DNA of 50,169 nucleotides. Origin: a virus. The translations under genes and the position numbers were made by a program. The stretch lies in IMG/VR virus record IMGVR_UViG_3300037311_000346. One strand, given 5' to 3'. The notes beneath the pieces were generated by a model. The model ran no database searches. It was not told where the DNA came from and was given only the letters and a program-made list of their open reading frames with translations. Below are positions 1 through 7,756 of this stretch, piece after piece. Each line of letters begins with the position of its first letter. Position 1 is the stretch's first letter.

Positions 1-127
1 CCTTGTCGGAGCCGGGCTGTATCCGAGGGAACGGAAAGCCGTCGAGCGTGATCGAGTGCGTCCGGAAGACCGAGTGCGAGGCGCCCTCGAGATCGATGTG
101 GAACGCGTAGCCCGGGTTCACGAACCA
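1..127. repeat. Terminal overlap, copy 1. It is identical to 50043-50169 and marks circular closure of the contig.
   Basis: Direct comparison: ccttgtcggagccgggctgtatccgagg...gtagcccgggttcacgaacca is present at both window ends, 127 nt with no mismatch seen. Confidence 0.95.
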
Positions 128-922
128 CGAGACCGCGTGGGGGAGCGCGTCCTCGCGCATTAGCGCGAAGCGGATCGCGAAGGCGGTCTGCCCTCGCCGC
201 GTGTGCGGGTCGACGTCCGGAGCGATCAGGTCGACGGAGCCGCGCCCGCGCGTCGGCGTCTGCGGCGTCCACCCGTGGATGTAGGAGCCCTCCGACCGCT
301 GGACGAGGACCCAGCCCTCCGGGATGTTGCGGAGCGTCAGGCGCCGGAAGAACGCCTCGGCGATCGGCGCGTCCGTCTGCGCCGTGTGCCAAAGGAGGTC
401 GAACTCGACCATCGGGAGCCCGGAGTAGGCCGTGACGTCGCCCTCGACCGCCCCGAAGTGCTCAAGGAGCGCCGAGCCCGACTCCGGGCGCAGGCGCGCG
501 CGGAACGAGTCGCGGAGCCGGACGGCGCCCTGCTCGTCGAGCTGCGAGAGGTCGGTGTCGACGCGCGCCGAATAGACCGCGTCGACGCCCTGGACCTCAA
601 GCCGCAGCGCCGCGGCCGCCGGGTAGAAACCTGCGAGTCCCTGCCAGTCGAACGAGCCCGGCGTCGAGCCGTCGACGACCATCGCGACGTCGCCGACGAG
701 CGCGACGCCCGGGACGACCGCGCAGACCTCGACCGTCCGGTGGAGGTCGACGTCGCCTCGCCGCACCCGAAGCGCGGGCGTGACCTGCGTCGGGTAGGCG
801 CGACCGCCGACGCGGATCGACAACGCCGGGAGCGCGTCGACGTCATCAGCCGGGACCGTCGCCCGGAGCGCAACGTAGGGCGGGACGTAGTCCTGCGGGA
901 TCGCCAGGAAGTTGCGGATCAT
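1..922 (-). CDS. N-terminal part of the same wrap-around gene. It is absent from the ORF track because it runs off the window.
   Basis: Hand translation of minus-strand codons (plus-strand triplets at positions 2 mod 3) found no stop from 922 to 1. ATG at 922-920 overlaps the upstream stop (ATGA). Peptide MIRNFLAIPQDYVPPYVALRATVPADD...HAVSWFVNPGYAFHIDLEG joins the 48769..50163 ORF. Confidence 0.75.
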   Translation of the reverse strand, partial: MIRNFLAIPQDYVPPYVALRATVPADDVDALPALSIRVGGRAYPTQVTPALRVRRGDVDLHRTVEVCAVVPGVALVGDVAMVVDGSTPGSFDWQGLAGFYPAAAALRLEVQGVDAVYSARVDTDLSQLDEQGAVRLRDSFRARLRPESGSALLEHFGAVEGDVTAYSGLPMVEFDLLWHTAQTDAPIAEAFFRRLTLRNIPEGWVLVQRSEGSYIHGWTPQTPTRGRGSVDLIAPDVDPHTRRGQTAFAIRFALMREDALPHAVSWFVNPGYAFHIDLEGASHSVFRTHSITLDGFPFPRIQPGSDK

Positions 923-1284
923 CGCGGCAGCGGGGGCACGGGAGAGGAGGAGACCAGGGCCCAGACCAGCAGCCGGCGGTTCGGCTCGTCGCGCTGCCAG
1001 GCCACGACCTGCGCCGCGCGCTCGTCGACGACGATCGCCGAGCCGAGCTGCGGATCTGGGCGGCGCAGGCTGAGCGACAGCCGAACGACGAGCCCTTCGT
1101 TCGCGTCCTCGGCCGGGACGATCCCCACCACGGGTCGGTCGGGGTTGCCGCCCCAGGGATCCTCGGAGTCCGCGGCGCGCACGAACTCCGAGACGACGGC
1201 GAGGACCTCGTCCGCGAGGGACTGGTCGCTCGCCGTCTCGAGGACGTGGCGCAGCGCGGTGCGGAGCGACTTCGCGTCGGTCAC
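919..1284 (-). CDS. Hypothetical protein (121 aa)
   Basis: The C-terminal part of track ORF 919..1371 has normal composition (VTDAKSLRTALRHVLETASDQ...). GTG at 1284 overlaps the upstream stop (GTGA). Confidence 0.6.
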   Translation of the reverse strand: MTDAKSLRTALRHVLETASDQSLADEVLAVVSEFVRAADSEDPWGGNPDRPVVGIVPAEDANEGLVVRLSLSLRRPDPQLGSAIVVDERAAQVVAWQRDEPNRRLLVWALVSSSPVPPLPR

Positions 1285-1805
1285 GGCCTCGCGAGAGCTC
1301 CTTCCCACGGAAGCGGGTGGTCGAGCTGGACGGTCTCGCCGGACGGGAGGCGCTGGGCGTTGCCGATCCACTTCTGCGCTTCGGCGCTCCAGCCGTAGAC
1401 GATGCCGCTTGCCGGGTCGACGAACTCCTGGGCGACCGCCGGGTCCGGAGGCGTCAACGCTGCGACGCTCTCGATCGACGCCGCGCTCTCCTTCGGTTCC
1501 TCGACCTCTTCGCCCGGGTCCGCGTCGACCACGATCTCGCCGCGCGCGACGAGCCCGTCGAAGGTTGCGCCGACGATCTCGTCGAGGTTCGGGCGCGCGT
1601 ACTCGCCTCCTCGCTCGGCTCGGACGTCGCGGTCCGCCAAGGCGAAGTCGGCGGCGAAAGCCTGCAGGCGGACGAGCTCCTCGGGCGCGAGGAGCTTCGA
1701 CGTCTGCGCGGTCGCGACGTAGCGGCGCACGAGGTTCTCGGCGAAGAGGTCTCCGGGCCTGAGCGTCAGGGTCAGCGCGGCTGCTCGGTCTTGCGCGGTT
1801 GTCAT
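1281..1805 (-). CDS. Hypothetical protein (174 aa)
   Basis: Track ORF 1281..1850 trimmed to ATG at 1805 (MTTAQDRAAALTLTL...). Acidic and balanced composition. Confidence 0.65.
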   Translation of the reverse strand: MTTAQDRAAALTLTLRPGDLFAENLVRRYVATAQTSKLLAPEELVRLQAFAADFALADRDVRAERGGEYARPNLDEIVGATFDGLVARGEIVVDADPGEEVEEPKESAASIESVAALTPPDPAVAQEFVDPASGIVYGWSAEAQKWIGNAQRLPSGETVQLDHPLPWEGALARP

Positions 1806-1851
1806 GGTCGTTCTCGGATGTGGCGGGTGACGTCGGATGGCGACGCCCATA

Positions 1852-2304
1852 CTACCTCGCTGCTCGTCGCGCGCGACGGGCTGCGGCTTGGCCCTCCTCG
1901 GTGACCTGCCATCGGATCGTTGCTTCGTTCACGACCTCAAGCCGGAGGAGCCAACCGCGGCGCTCCAACGCCCACAGCGACGGCCCTCCGAAGCGCGCTC
2001 CGGCGAGGCGGGTCCCGACGCGCACCTGCCCGCGGCCGACGAAAACCGAGAAGACCTCGGCCCCGTAGCGGACGACGCGCCTCATCAGGATGGACAGCCT
2101 CGGGTCGCGGCCGATGGACGAGGACGAGCCAGCCGGCTGCGGAATCGGCTCGACGCCTCCGACCTCCCCCGTGCGTCGCAGACGGAGGTAGTGCATGTGG
2201 CAGAGGTCGCGCGCACGCACCGGCCGTCCGCACCCCTCGACGGAGCAGACGCCGGTCGGGTGCTTCCAGTAGCGGCGGACTCGTTTCGGTGTCTCGGTGG
2301 TCAT
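1852..2304 (-). CDS. Putative zinc-finger / winged-helix DNA-binding protein
   Basis: CSVEGCGRPVRARDLCHMHYLRLRRTG resembles the Cys/His motif common at the N-termini of phage HNH-associated proteins. The C-terminal LWALERRGWLLRLEVVNEATIRWQVTEEG looks wHTH-like. Confidence 0.5.
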   Translation of the reverse strand: MTTETPKRVRRYWKHPTGVCSVEGCGRPVRARDLCHMHYLRLRRTGEVGGVEPIPQPAGSSSSIGRDPRLSILMRRVVRYGAEVFSVFVGRGQVRVGTRLAGARFGGPSLWALERRGWLLRLEVVNEATIRWQVTEEGQAAARRARRAAR

Positions 2305-2305
2305 G

Positions 2306-3610
2306 TCAGTAGGGCCAGAGCGGACCGAGGACGGCCGCCCGGAAGTTGAGGAGGTCCGCTGCGATCGGCGCGAGGCCGGGCGCGCTCGGGTTGAGCGCGA
2401 GCTGCTCCCAGGGATCGGTCGAGAGGTCGAAGAGCGCGAACGTCGCGCCCTCCGTGACCAGCTTCCAGCCGTCCTCGCGCACCACGGCCCAGTTGTCGAG
2501 CGTCAGCGTCGGCGCGGCGCCCCCGTTCGGGCTGAACCGAGAGACGAAGGCGAGCTGCCGGCGCGTCGCTCCGGCCGGCGTTCCGTCGAGCGTCGCGGCG
2601 AACGAGATCGCGTCGTCGAAGCCCACCGCCGGGGTGACGCCGCAGACGTCGAGGATCGTCGTCGAGAGGTCGAGGACCTGGACGAGGGTCGCATCCGCGC
2701 CGGGCGCAACGCCGGGCCCCCACCAGAGAAGCGGGACGCGGATGCCTCCCTCCCAGCAGGTCAGCTTGTAGCCGTTCGCCTGACCGCCCGGCGGCGGTAC
2801 CTGGTGGGCGGTTCCGTTGTCGCAGACAAGCACGACGTGAGTCGTCGAGAGATCGACGACCGGGAGCAGCGTCCCGAGGTAGCTGTCGAGCGCGACGAGG
2901 GCGGCCTCGAAGCGCGCGCGGTTCGTCCCGCCGACGACGTAGCCGGGCGGGAGCAGCGCAGCGGGCGGCGCCTCGAAAGGTTCGTGCGGAGCGAACGGCG
3001 CGACGACCGCCAGCTTCGGTCCCGGGGTCGCCGCCCACCAGTCCACCGCCGCGTCGATCACGGCGGTCGTCGAGTAGACCGTGGTGGTCCGCGTCGCGCC
3101 GTCGTCCGTCCTCGGCCAGGAGTAGTGCGAGGTCGTGATGTTCGACGGGTGACCGGCGCGCCAGACCTCGAATCCGTGGACGCGCCCCTGCTCGCTCGGG
3201 TTGGCGCCGGCAAGCCCGGAGACGTGCGCCTTCCCGAAGAGTCCGGTCGCGTAGCCGCTCGCCGCGAGCAGCTCCGGCAGGGTCTTCGTCGCGGCGCTGA
3301 GTCCGACGAGATCGGGGTCGGCCACGTTGAGCGCGCCTCCGATGAAGGCGCGGTGCGGGTACGTTCCGGTCAGAAGCCCGGCTCGAGACGGAGAGCAGAC
3401 CGGGCAGGTGTAGCAGCGACCGTACGAGCGCGCGAGCGGAGCGAACGCCTGGATGTTGCCAAGTGGGACCGCCGCGAGGTCCTCCCAGCCGACGTCGTCT
3501 ACCACGATCACGAGCACCGAAGGCGGCGCCGCCTGCGCTGCGAGCGGGCGGCTGAGAAAGGCGACGGCAAGCGCCGCGAGAAGGAGGCGGAAAGCGAGTG
3601 CAAGGCTCAT
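2306..3610 (-). CDS. Secreted Cys-type (formylglycine-dependent) sulfatase, 434 aa
   Basis: Motifs VLVIVVDDVGWEDL, PVCSPSRAGLLTG (C-x-P-x-R signature), LFGKAH, VLVCDNGT and YKLTCWEGGIRVPLLWWGPG. N-terminal signal peptide MSLALAFRLLLAALAVAFLSRPLAAQA. Track ORF 2306..3991 trimmed to ATG at 3610. Confidence 0.9.
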   Translation of the reverse strand: MSLALAFRLLLAALAVAFLSRPLAAQAAPPSVLVIVVDDVGWEDLAAVPLGNIQAFAPLARSYGRCYTCPVCSPSRAGLLTGTYPHRAFIGGALNVADPDLVGLSAATKTLPELLAASGYATGLFGKAHVSGLAGANPSEQGRVHGFEVWRAGHPSNITTSHYSWPRTDDGATRTTTVYSTTAVIDAAVDWWAATPGPKLAVVAPFAPHEPFEAPPAALLPPGYVVGGTNRARFEAALVALDSYLGTLLPVVDLSTTHVVLVCDNGTAHQVPPPGGQANGYKLTCWEGGIRVPLLWWGPGVAPGADATLVQVLDLSTTILDVCGVTPAVGFDDAISFAATLDGTPAGATRRQLAFVSRFSPNGGAAPTLTLDNWAVVREDGWKLVTEGATFALFDLSTDPWEQLALNPSAPGLAPIAADLLNFRAAVLGPLWPY

Positions 3611-4284
3611 GTCGTCGGCCCTCTTCGCGTGGCAGCGCGCACGATGTCGAGCGCAGGGTCCTGTTGCTTGCGCCGGCGCCACCGTTCGCGCGCGTCTGCG
3701 ACCTCCACCGACGCGGCGAGCGGCTGGCGCGCCTCGACGGGGGCGGAGGGTGAGGTGGAGATCCGCGCGTCGATGTCCGCAAGCAGCGACGCGGCGTCCG
3801 CGACCGACAGGCGCAGCGGCTTCGGCTCCGGGTGCTCCTCGACCTCGCGCCGGAGCACGTCGACCGTGAACGGCACCGGCTTGCCGTCGATCGACTGGAT
3901 CCGGTGGCGCTCGCCAGCGGGCGCAGCAAGGCCGGCGCGTAGCGCGTCGATGTAGTCGAGCATGTTTCGCTCCCACGGCGTGAGCGCGCAACGAGCGTGC
4001 TCGCGCAAGAGGCGGATCCCGAAGGGCTCCTCCACCGGCACGGCCGTTGGCCGCTCCGGCTTCTGCAGCCGCTCGATCGCCGCGACGGCATCCTCGACCT
4101 CGGGGTGGTTGAGGATGGCTCCGTCGTCGTCGCGCTGCAGCAGCCCAAGAGCGTCGCAGACGTAGCGCCAGAAGCGGAGGAGCGACTCGCGTTCGCGCGT
4201 GACGTCCTCAAGGCAGACCTTCAGAGTTTCGAGCGTCTGCGTTCGCGGGCCCGGGCGGGGGTTGGGTTCGGTTTGCGCGTTCAC
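3607..4284 (-). CDS. Hypothetical protein (225 aa)
   Basis: Track ORF with normal composition. GTG start at 4284 overlaps the upstream stop (GTGA). Its own stop overlaps the sulfatase ATG (ATGA). Confidence 0.65.
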   Translation of the reverse strand: MNAQTEPNPRPGPRTQTLETLKVCLEDVTRERESLLRFWRYVCDALGLLQRDDDGAILNHPEVEDAVAAIERLQKPERPTAVPVEEPFGIRLLREHARCALTPWERNMLDYIDALRAGLAAPAGERHRIQSIDGKPVPFTVDVLRREVEEHPEPKPLRLSVADAASLLADIDARISTSPSAPVEARQPLAASVEVADARERWRRRKQQDPALDIVRAATRRGPTT

Positions 4285-4808
4285 GATCGGGTTCCTCCGT
4301 GAGGAAGGTGGCTTTGTCGGATGAGCTCGTCGGCGAGGGCGAGCGCGGTCGCGACCATCTGCGTCGCGGCGTCGCCGCTCGTGCGGTCGGCCCCGTTTGC
4401 GAGCAGCCCGCCGAGGAGTTGCGTTGCAATTTGGAGCCTCTCCAGCCGTCGCGTTTCCGCGGACTCGAAGAGGTCGCGCCCGGACGCCGTGACCGCGCGC
4501 TCTCGCGGCTGCCCGTTCGACATCCCGCGCCCCGGAGAAAGCGCGACGGCCTCCTCGCTGACCGCGGGCGCGGGCTTCGGCTGCGCCGTCGGCCGACTTT
4601 CTGCCTCGAAGACGGCGGACTCCGGAACGCCGAGAGCGTCCGAGACCAAGCGGCGCGTCTCCGCCCTCTTCGGATACTGCCCGAGCGACTCCCAGCGAAC
4701 GACCTGGCCTCGGTGGACGCCGGCCGCAGCGGCGAGCGCCTCGACGGTCAGCCCTCGGGCGATCCTTGCGGCGGCGAGCGCCTCTCGCTTGCGGTTGGAG
4801 CGTGTCAC
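4281..4808 (-). CDS. XRE/Cro-CI-type helix-turn-helix regulator
   Basis: N-terminal ALAAARIARGLTVEALAAAAGVHRGQVVRWESLGQYPKRAETRRLVSDALGV fits an HTH_3-like pattern. GTGA coupling to the upstream gene. Confidence 0.7.
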   Translation of the reverse strand: MTRSNRKREALAAARIARGLTVEALAAAAGVHRGQVVRWESLGQYPKRAETRRLVSDALGVPESAVFEAESRPTAQPKPAPAVSEEAVALSPGRGMSNGQPRERAVTASGRDLFESAETRRLERLQIATQLLGGLLANGADRTSGDAATQMVATALALADELIRQSHLPHGGTRS

Positions 4809-6298
4809 GACGGTTCGCCCTCCCGACCTTCGTCGTCGTAGTCGCCGCTGGCGATGCGCTGCTCCGCCTCGTCCGCCTCGCTGCGCGTCGGCTCCGGCTC
4901 GCGCTGTCGGCGCGCGCGAGCCTTCTTCGGCGTGCCCTCGATCGCGCGAGCGACGCCGTCCTCGATGACGATACCGGGCCCGTGCTCGTCGGGCTGGTCG
5001 TCGACGAGGACCATCAGGAGCTGGAAGCCCTGCTCCTCGATCATCTGCCGGACGCGAGCCCGGTTGAAGCTGTCCAGGCGGTTGCCGTCGTCGACGCGCA
5101 GCAGGCGGAGCTGCGGTGCACTCGCCATCGCGACTCCGAGCCCGACCACGATCCGCTCCTCTCCCGATGCCGACGAGGGGAAGGGTCGCCCTTTGTAGGT
5201 GAGCCCGTCCTCGTCGAAGGCCAGTCCCTCGACCGGCATCCGCACCTCGGCCAGCGTCGTCGCGAGGAGCTGGTCGATCGCCGCCAGCGCGGCCGTGTGG
5301 CGCTCGACGACGGCCCTGGCCGCGTCGCGTTTCACTCGCTCGGCGCGGACGCCAGCGACGAGCTCGGCGTTCGCGGCGAGGTCTCGCATCGCCTCCGCGC
5401 GCTGGCGATGCTCCTCGGGGGAGCCTGCCGCGGCCGCTGCGAGGTCGGCGGCGTCCGCGCGTCGCGTCGCGTCTTCGAGCATGCGCTTCAGGTTCTCGAC
5501 GGTCTCGCGCGCCATCTTCGCGGCCGCCTGAGCGTCGCGCGCCCGCTCGTAGGCGGTCGTCGCGTTGCGCAGCTCCTCGCGCGTGATCGCCGGCGCGTCC
5601 GCGGCCCCGGTCGGGACGCGCTCCTCCAGGGCGCGCACGGTCGCGTCCGCGTCCGCGAGACGCCGGCCCGCGACCGTGCGCATCTCCGCCACGGCCTTCT
5701 TCGCCTTGCTGATCACGTCGAGGGCGTGCCCGCGCTCGTCGGCGGCAAGGTCGAGCGGCCCGAGGATGTCGCGCAGCTCCTCGCGCGGTACGCGCGGCGC
5801 GACCGCTTCGACCAGCGCGTCGCGCTGCTTGCGGCGGCCTTCGGCGCCGCGCTCTCCGAGCTCCACCCAGGCGAGCGGGTCGATCGCCACGCGCGAGAGT
5901 AGGCCGTCGAGCAGCTCCTGCGGCTTCGGGACGCGCTCGCCGGTCGCCCAGCGGACCGTGAGGCTCGTCGAAACGCCGCCGTCGTCGGTGCGGCGCCAGC
6001 GCCTCGTGACGATCAGCGCGCCGAGGTTCACCTCGGACTCGGCCTCGCGCTCGCCGGCGCGAATCGCGTCCGGGCGCGGCGCGCCCTGCAGCGTCTCCCA
6101 GATCGCGTCGAGGAGCGAAGTCTTGCCCTGCTCGTTCGCGCCGCGGACCTCGATCAGCCCGTTCGGGCCGAACTCCAGGTCGACGGCGGAGAGGCGGCGG
6201 TAGTTGCGGACCCGAAGGCCTCGCAGGAAGAGAGGGTCTCGGCGGTTGCTCGCGCCGTTGCGCGAAGCGCCGAAGAGGTCGGCGGCGGACTCGGTCAT
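4805..6298 (-). CDS. SMC/SbcC/RecF-like ABC-type ATPase with a central coiled coil
   Basis: LRGLRVRNYRRLSAVDLEFGPNGLIEVRGANEQGKTSLLDAI (Walker A). Long Ala/Glu/Arg-rich helical middle region. SSASGEERIVVGLGVAMA (signature-like). LLRVDDGNRLD (Walker B). Confidence 0.75.
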   Translation of the reverse strand: MTESAADLFGASRNGASNRRDPLFLRGLRVRNYRRLSAVDLEFGPNGLIEVRGANEQGKTSLLDAIWETLQGAPRPDAIRAGEREAESEVNLGALIVTRRWRRTDDGGVSTSLTVRWATGERVPKPQELLDGLLSRVAIDPLAWVELGERGAEGRRKQRDALVEAVAPRVPREELRDILGPLDLAADERGHALDVISKAKKAVAEMRTVAGRRLADADATVRALEERVPTGAADAPAITREELRNATTAYERARDAQAAAKMARETVENLKRMLEDATRRADAADLAAAAAGSPEEHRQRAEAMRDLAANAELVAGVRAERVKRDAARAVVERHTAALAAIDQLLATTLAEVRMPVEGLAFDEDGLTYKGRPFPSSASGEERIVVGLGVAMASAPQLRLLRVDDGNRLDSFNRARVRQMIEEQGFQLLMVLVDDQPDEHGPGIVIEDGVARAIEGTPKKARARRQREPEPTRSEADEAEQRIASGDYDDEGREGEPS

Positions 6299-6408
6299 GG
6301 TGGGACTCCAGGGCGGCGCCGAAGCCTATCTCCGGCGCGCGCTCCAGACCTTACGGCTCACGGCGCCGCATGACCGCAGGGAATCTGCGCTTTTCCCGAC
6401 GGCGAGAG

Positions 6409-6756
6409 CTAGTGCAGCCAGGAGCGCCAGTCGTGGCAAAGGTGACGGTGGATCGCGTCGTGGCAAGGCCGGCAAAGGGCGGCGCCGTTCTCCGGCTGGT
6501 CCTTGCCTCCGCGACCTCTCGGCCGAAGGTGGTGCGCGTCGAGCTCGGCCGCGCGGCGGGCCTTGAAGCCGCAGCGCTCGCACCGGCCGCCGGCGCGCTC
6601 GAGCACCGCGCGGCGGAACTCGGCCCGCGAGTCGCGTTTCGCCGAGGAGCCTCCGCGCTCGAGCCGGGCGGACCGCGTCCGGCGCGGCCCGGAGCCCGGC
6701 GCCAGCGCCGTTTTCCGCGCCAGCCCTTTGGACCGCCGAAGGCCTTTCCGCCTCAC
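6409..6756 (-). CDS. HNH endonuclease
   Basis: CERCGFKARRAAELDAHHLRPRGRGGKDQPENGAALCRPCHDAIH. Confidence 0.85.
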   Translation of the reverse strand: MRRKGLRRSKGLARKTALAPGSGPRRTRSARLERGGSSAKRDSRAEFRRAVLERAGGRCERCGFKARRAAELDAHHLRPRGRGGKDQPENGAALCRPCHDAIHRHLCHDWRSWLH

Positions 6757-7271
6757 GCCAGCCCCTCGAGGATCGAGACCGCCATCACGAGGCCCGGTCG
6801 GTCGCCGTACCGCTTCACCCGGTGCACGGCGACGACCACGCAGTCGTCCTCCCAGAGGATCGGCTCGGGCCGCAGCGGCGGAGCGTTGCGCCTTCGGGAA
6901 CGACGCGACGGCTGCCAGGCGCCGCAGGCGTCGAGCACGGCCTTTTCGAGGTTGTCGCCATCCGGCCTGTTGGCCATCCAGGTCGGCGCGGTCGCGCGAA
7001 GCGGCCGCGCTCGGTCGCGCGCCACGAAGTGTCCCAGCGGTCGCGCGAAGGTGAAGCCGAGCGAGACGAGCAGCGGCTGACCGGGGCCGAACGCTGGCAG
7101 CGGGAGGCCGGCGCGGAGCGCGGCGTTGCGAGCTGCAAGGCGGACCGCGGTCTTCCAGTCGTCGGCGCTGTCGTCCTGGTAGGTTCGCGGTCGGCGTGCG
7201 CGCGTGTTCGTTCGGTGCCGCGGCTCGGGCGCGGGATCGCCGGAGACCTGGAACTGCAAGACCTGGATCAC
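6753..7271 (-). CDS. rusA: RusA-family Holliday-junction resolvase
   Basis: RPDGDNLEKAVLDAC...LWEDDCVVVAVHRVKRYGDRPGLVMAVSIL. Track ORF 6753..7616 trimmed to GTG 7271 (GTGA overlap); the longer N-terminus is Arg/Ala junk. Confidence 0.8.
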   Translation of the reverse strand: MIQVLQFQVSGDPAPEPRHRTNTRARRPRTYQDDSADDWKTAVRLAARNAALRAGLPLPAFGPGQPLLVSLGFTFARPLGHFVARDRARPLRATAPTWMANRPDGDNLEKAVLDACGAWQPSRRSRRRNAPPLRPEPILWEDDCVVVAVHRVKRYGDRPGLVMAVSILEGLA

Positions 7272-7756
7272 GAGGCGCCTCCGGCGGCTTCGTCGTCCGG
7301 CTTCGCGCACGCGCGGAAAACCGGCCCGAGCTTGCCGCGAACGCTCTCGACGATCTGCAGGATGCGCGCGAAGTCCGCGTCGGCTGCTGCGAAGGTCTCG
7401 AGGATCCGCGCCCGCTCGTCGGCCCGCGCGCCGGCGAGGTCCCGGCTCTTCGCCCGCCGCACGCTCGCCTGCAGCGCCTGCCGCTGCTTGCGCAGCTCCT
7501 CGATGTCGCGGCGCACCAGCGCGGCCTCGGCCTCGTAGTGGCGCCAGGCCCGCTCCTTCGTCGCGTAGGCGCGCAGGATCGACCAGGGGTCCAAGACCTC
7601 GCCGCACTTCCGGCACTCGACCGATCGCGTCGCGTCGATCACGGCGAAGCTCGGATGCGAGCAGCGCGCGCGCGACTCGTCGAGCGCCGTCTCCGGCTCC
7701 GTCGCTGGCCGGGGGAACCGGATCAGATTCCCGGCCTCGTTCGGTTGGTCGCTCAC
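7268..7756 (-). CDS. Hypothetical zinc-ribbon / coiled-coil protein
   Basis: CSHPSF...ECRKCGEVLD followed by a heptad-like EAEAALVRRDIEELRKQRQALQASV. GTG 7756 overlaps the upstream stop. Confidence 0.55.
   Translation of the reverse strand: MSDQPNEAGNLIRFPRPATEPETALDESRARCSHPSFAVIDATRSVECRKCGEVLDPWSILRAYATKERAWRHYEAEAALVRRDIEELRKQRQALQASVRRAKSRDLAGARADERARILETFAAADADFARILQIVESVRGKLGPVFRACAKPDDEAAGGAS

Noticed and set aside
1-127. The 127-nt repeat as a genuine direct terminal repeat of a linear genome.
   Set aside because: It sits in the middle of an uninterrupted 731-aa reading frame and equals a standard assembler k-mer length. An assembly overlap of a circular or circularly permuted genome is the simpler explanation. 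This remains untested.
203-1762. Long plus-strand ORF (519 aa) and similar plus-strand giants (2297..3955, 7204..8943, 8699..10225, 14692..16242, 22463..26428, 26716..30057, 41656..43404).
   Set aside because: Their translations are dominated by Arg/Ala/Pro/Gly/Asp with no motifs. They lie antisense to minus-strand ORFs that carry clear family signatures. This is the typical stop-codon-poor antisense frame of ~70% G+C DNA.
4281-4808. A lysogeny switch (CI/Cro pair with operators) around the XRE regulator, and an integrase or attP.
   Set aside because: The XRE gene is coupled to its neighbours on both sides with no intergenic operator region. There is no divergent partner gene, and no integrase or recombinase ORF was found anywhere.
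6299-6408. tRNA or small RNA gene in the 110-nt gap between the HNH and ATPase genes. The other gaps were also inspected.
   Set aside because: I could find no cloverleaf-compatible arms or conserved T-loop (GTTCRANNC) by eye in any gap. The gap has a GGAG SD for ATG 6298 but nothing else definable.
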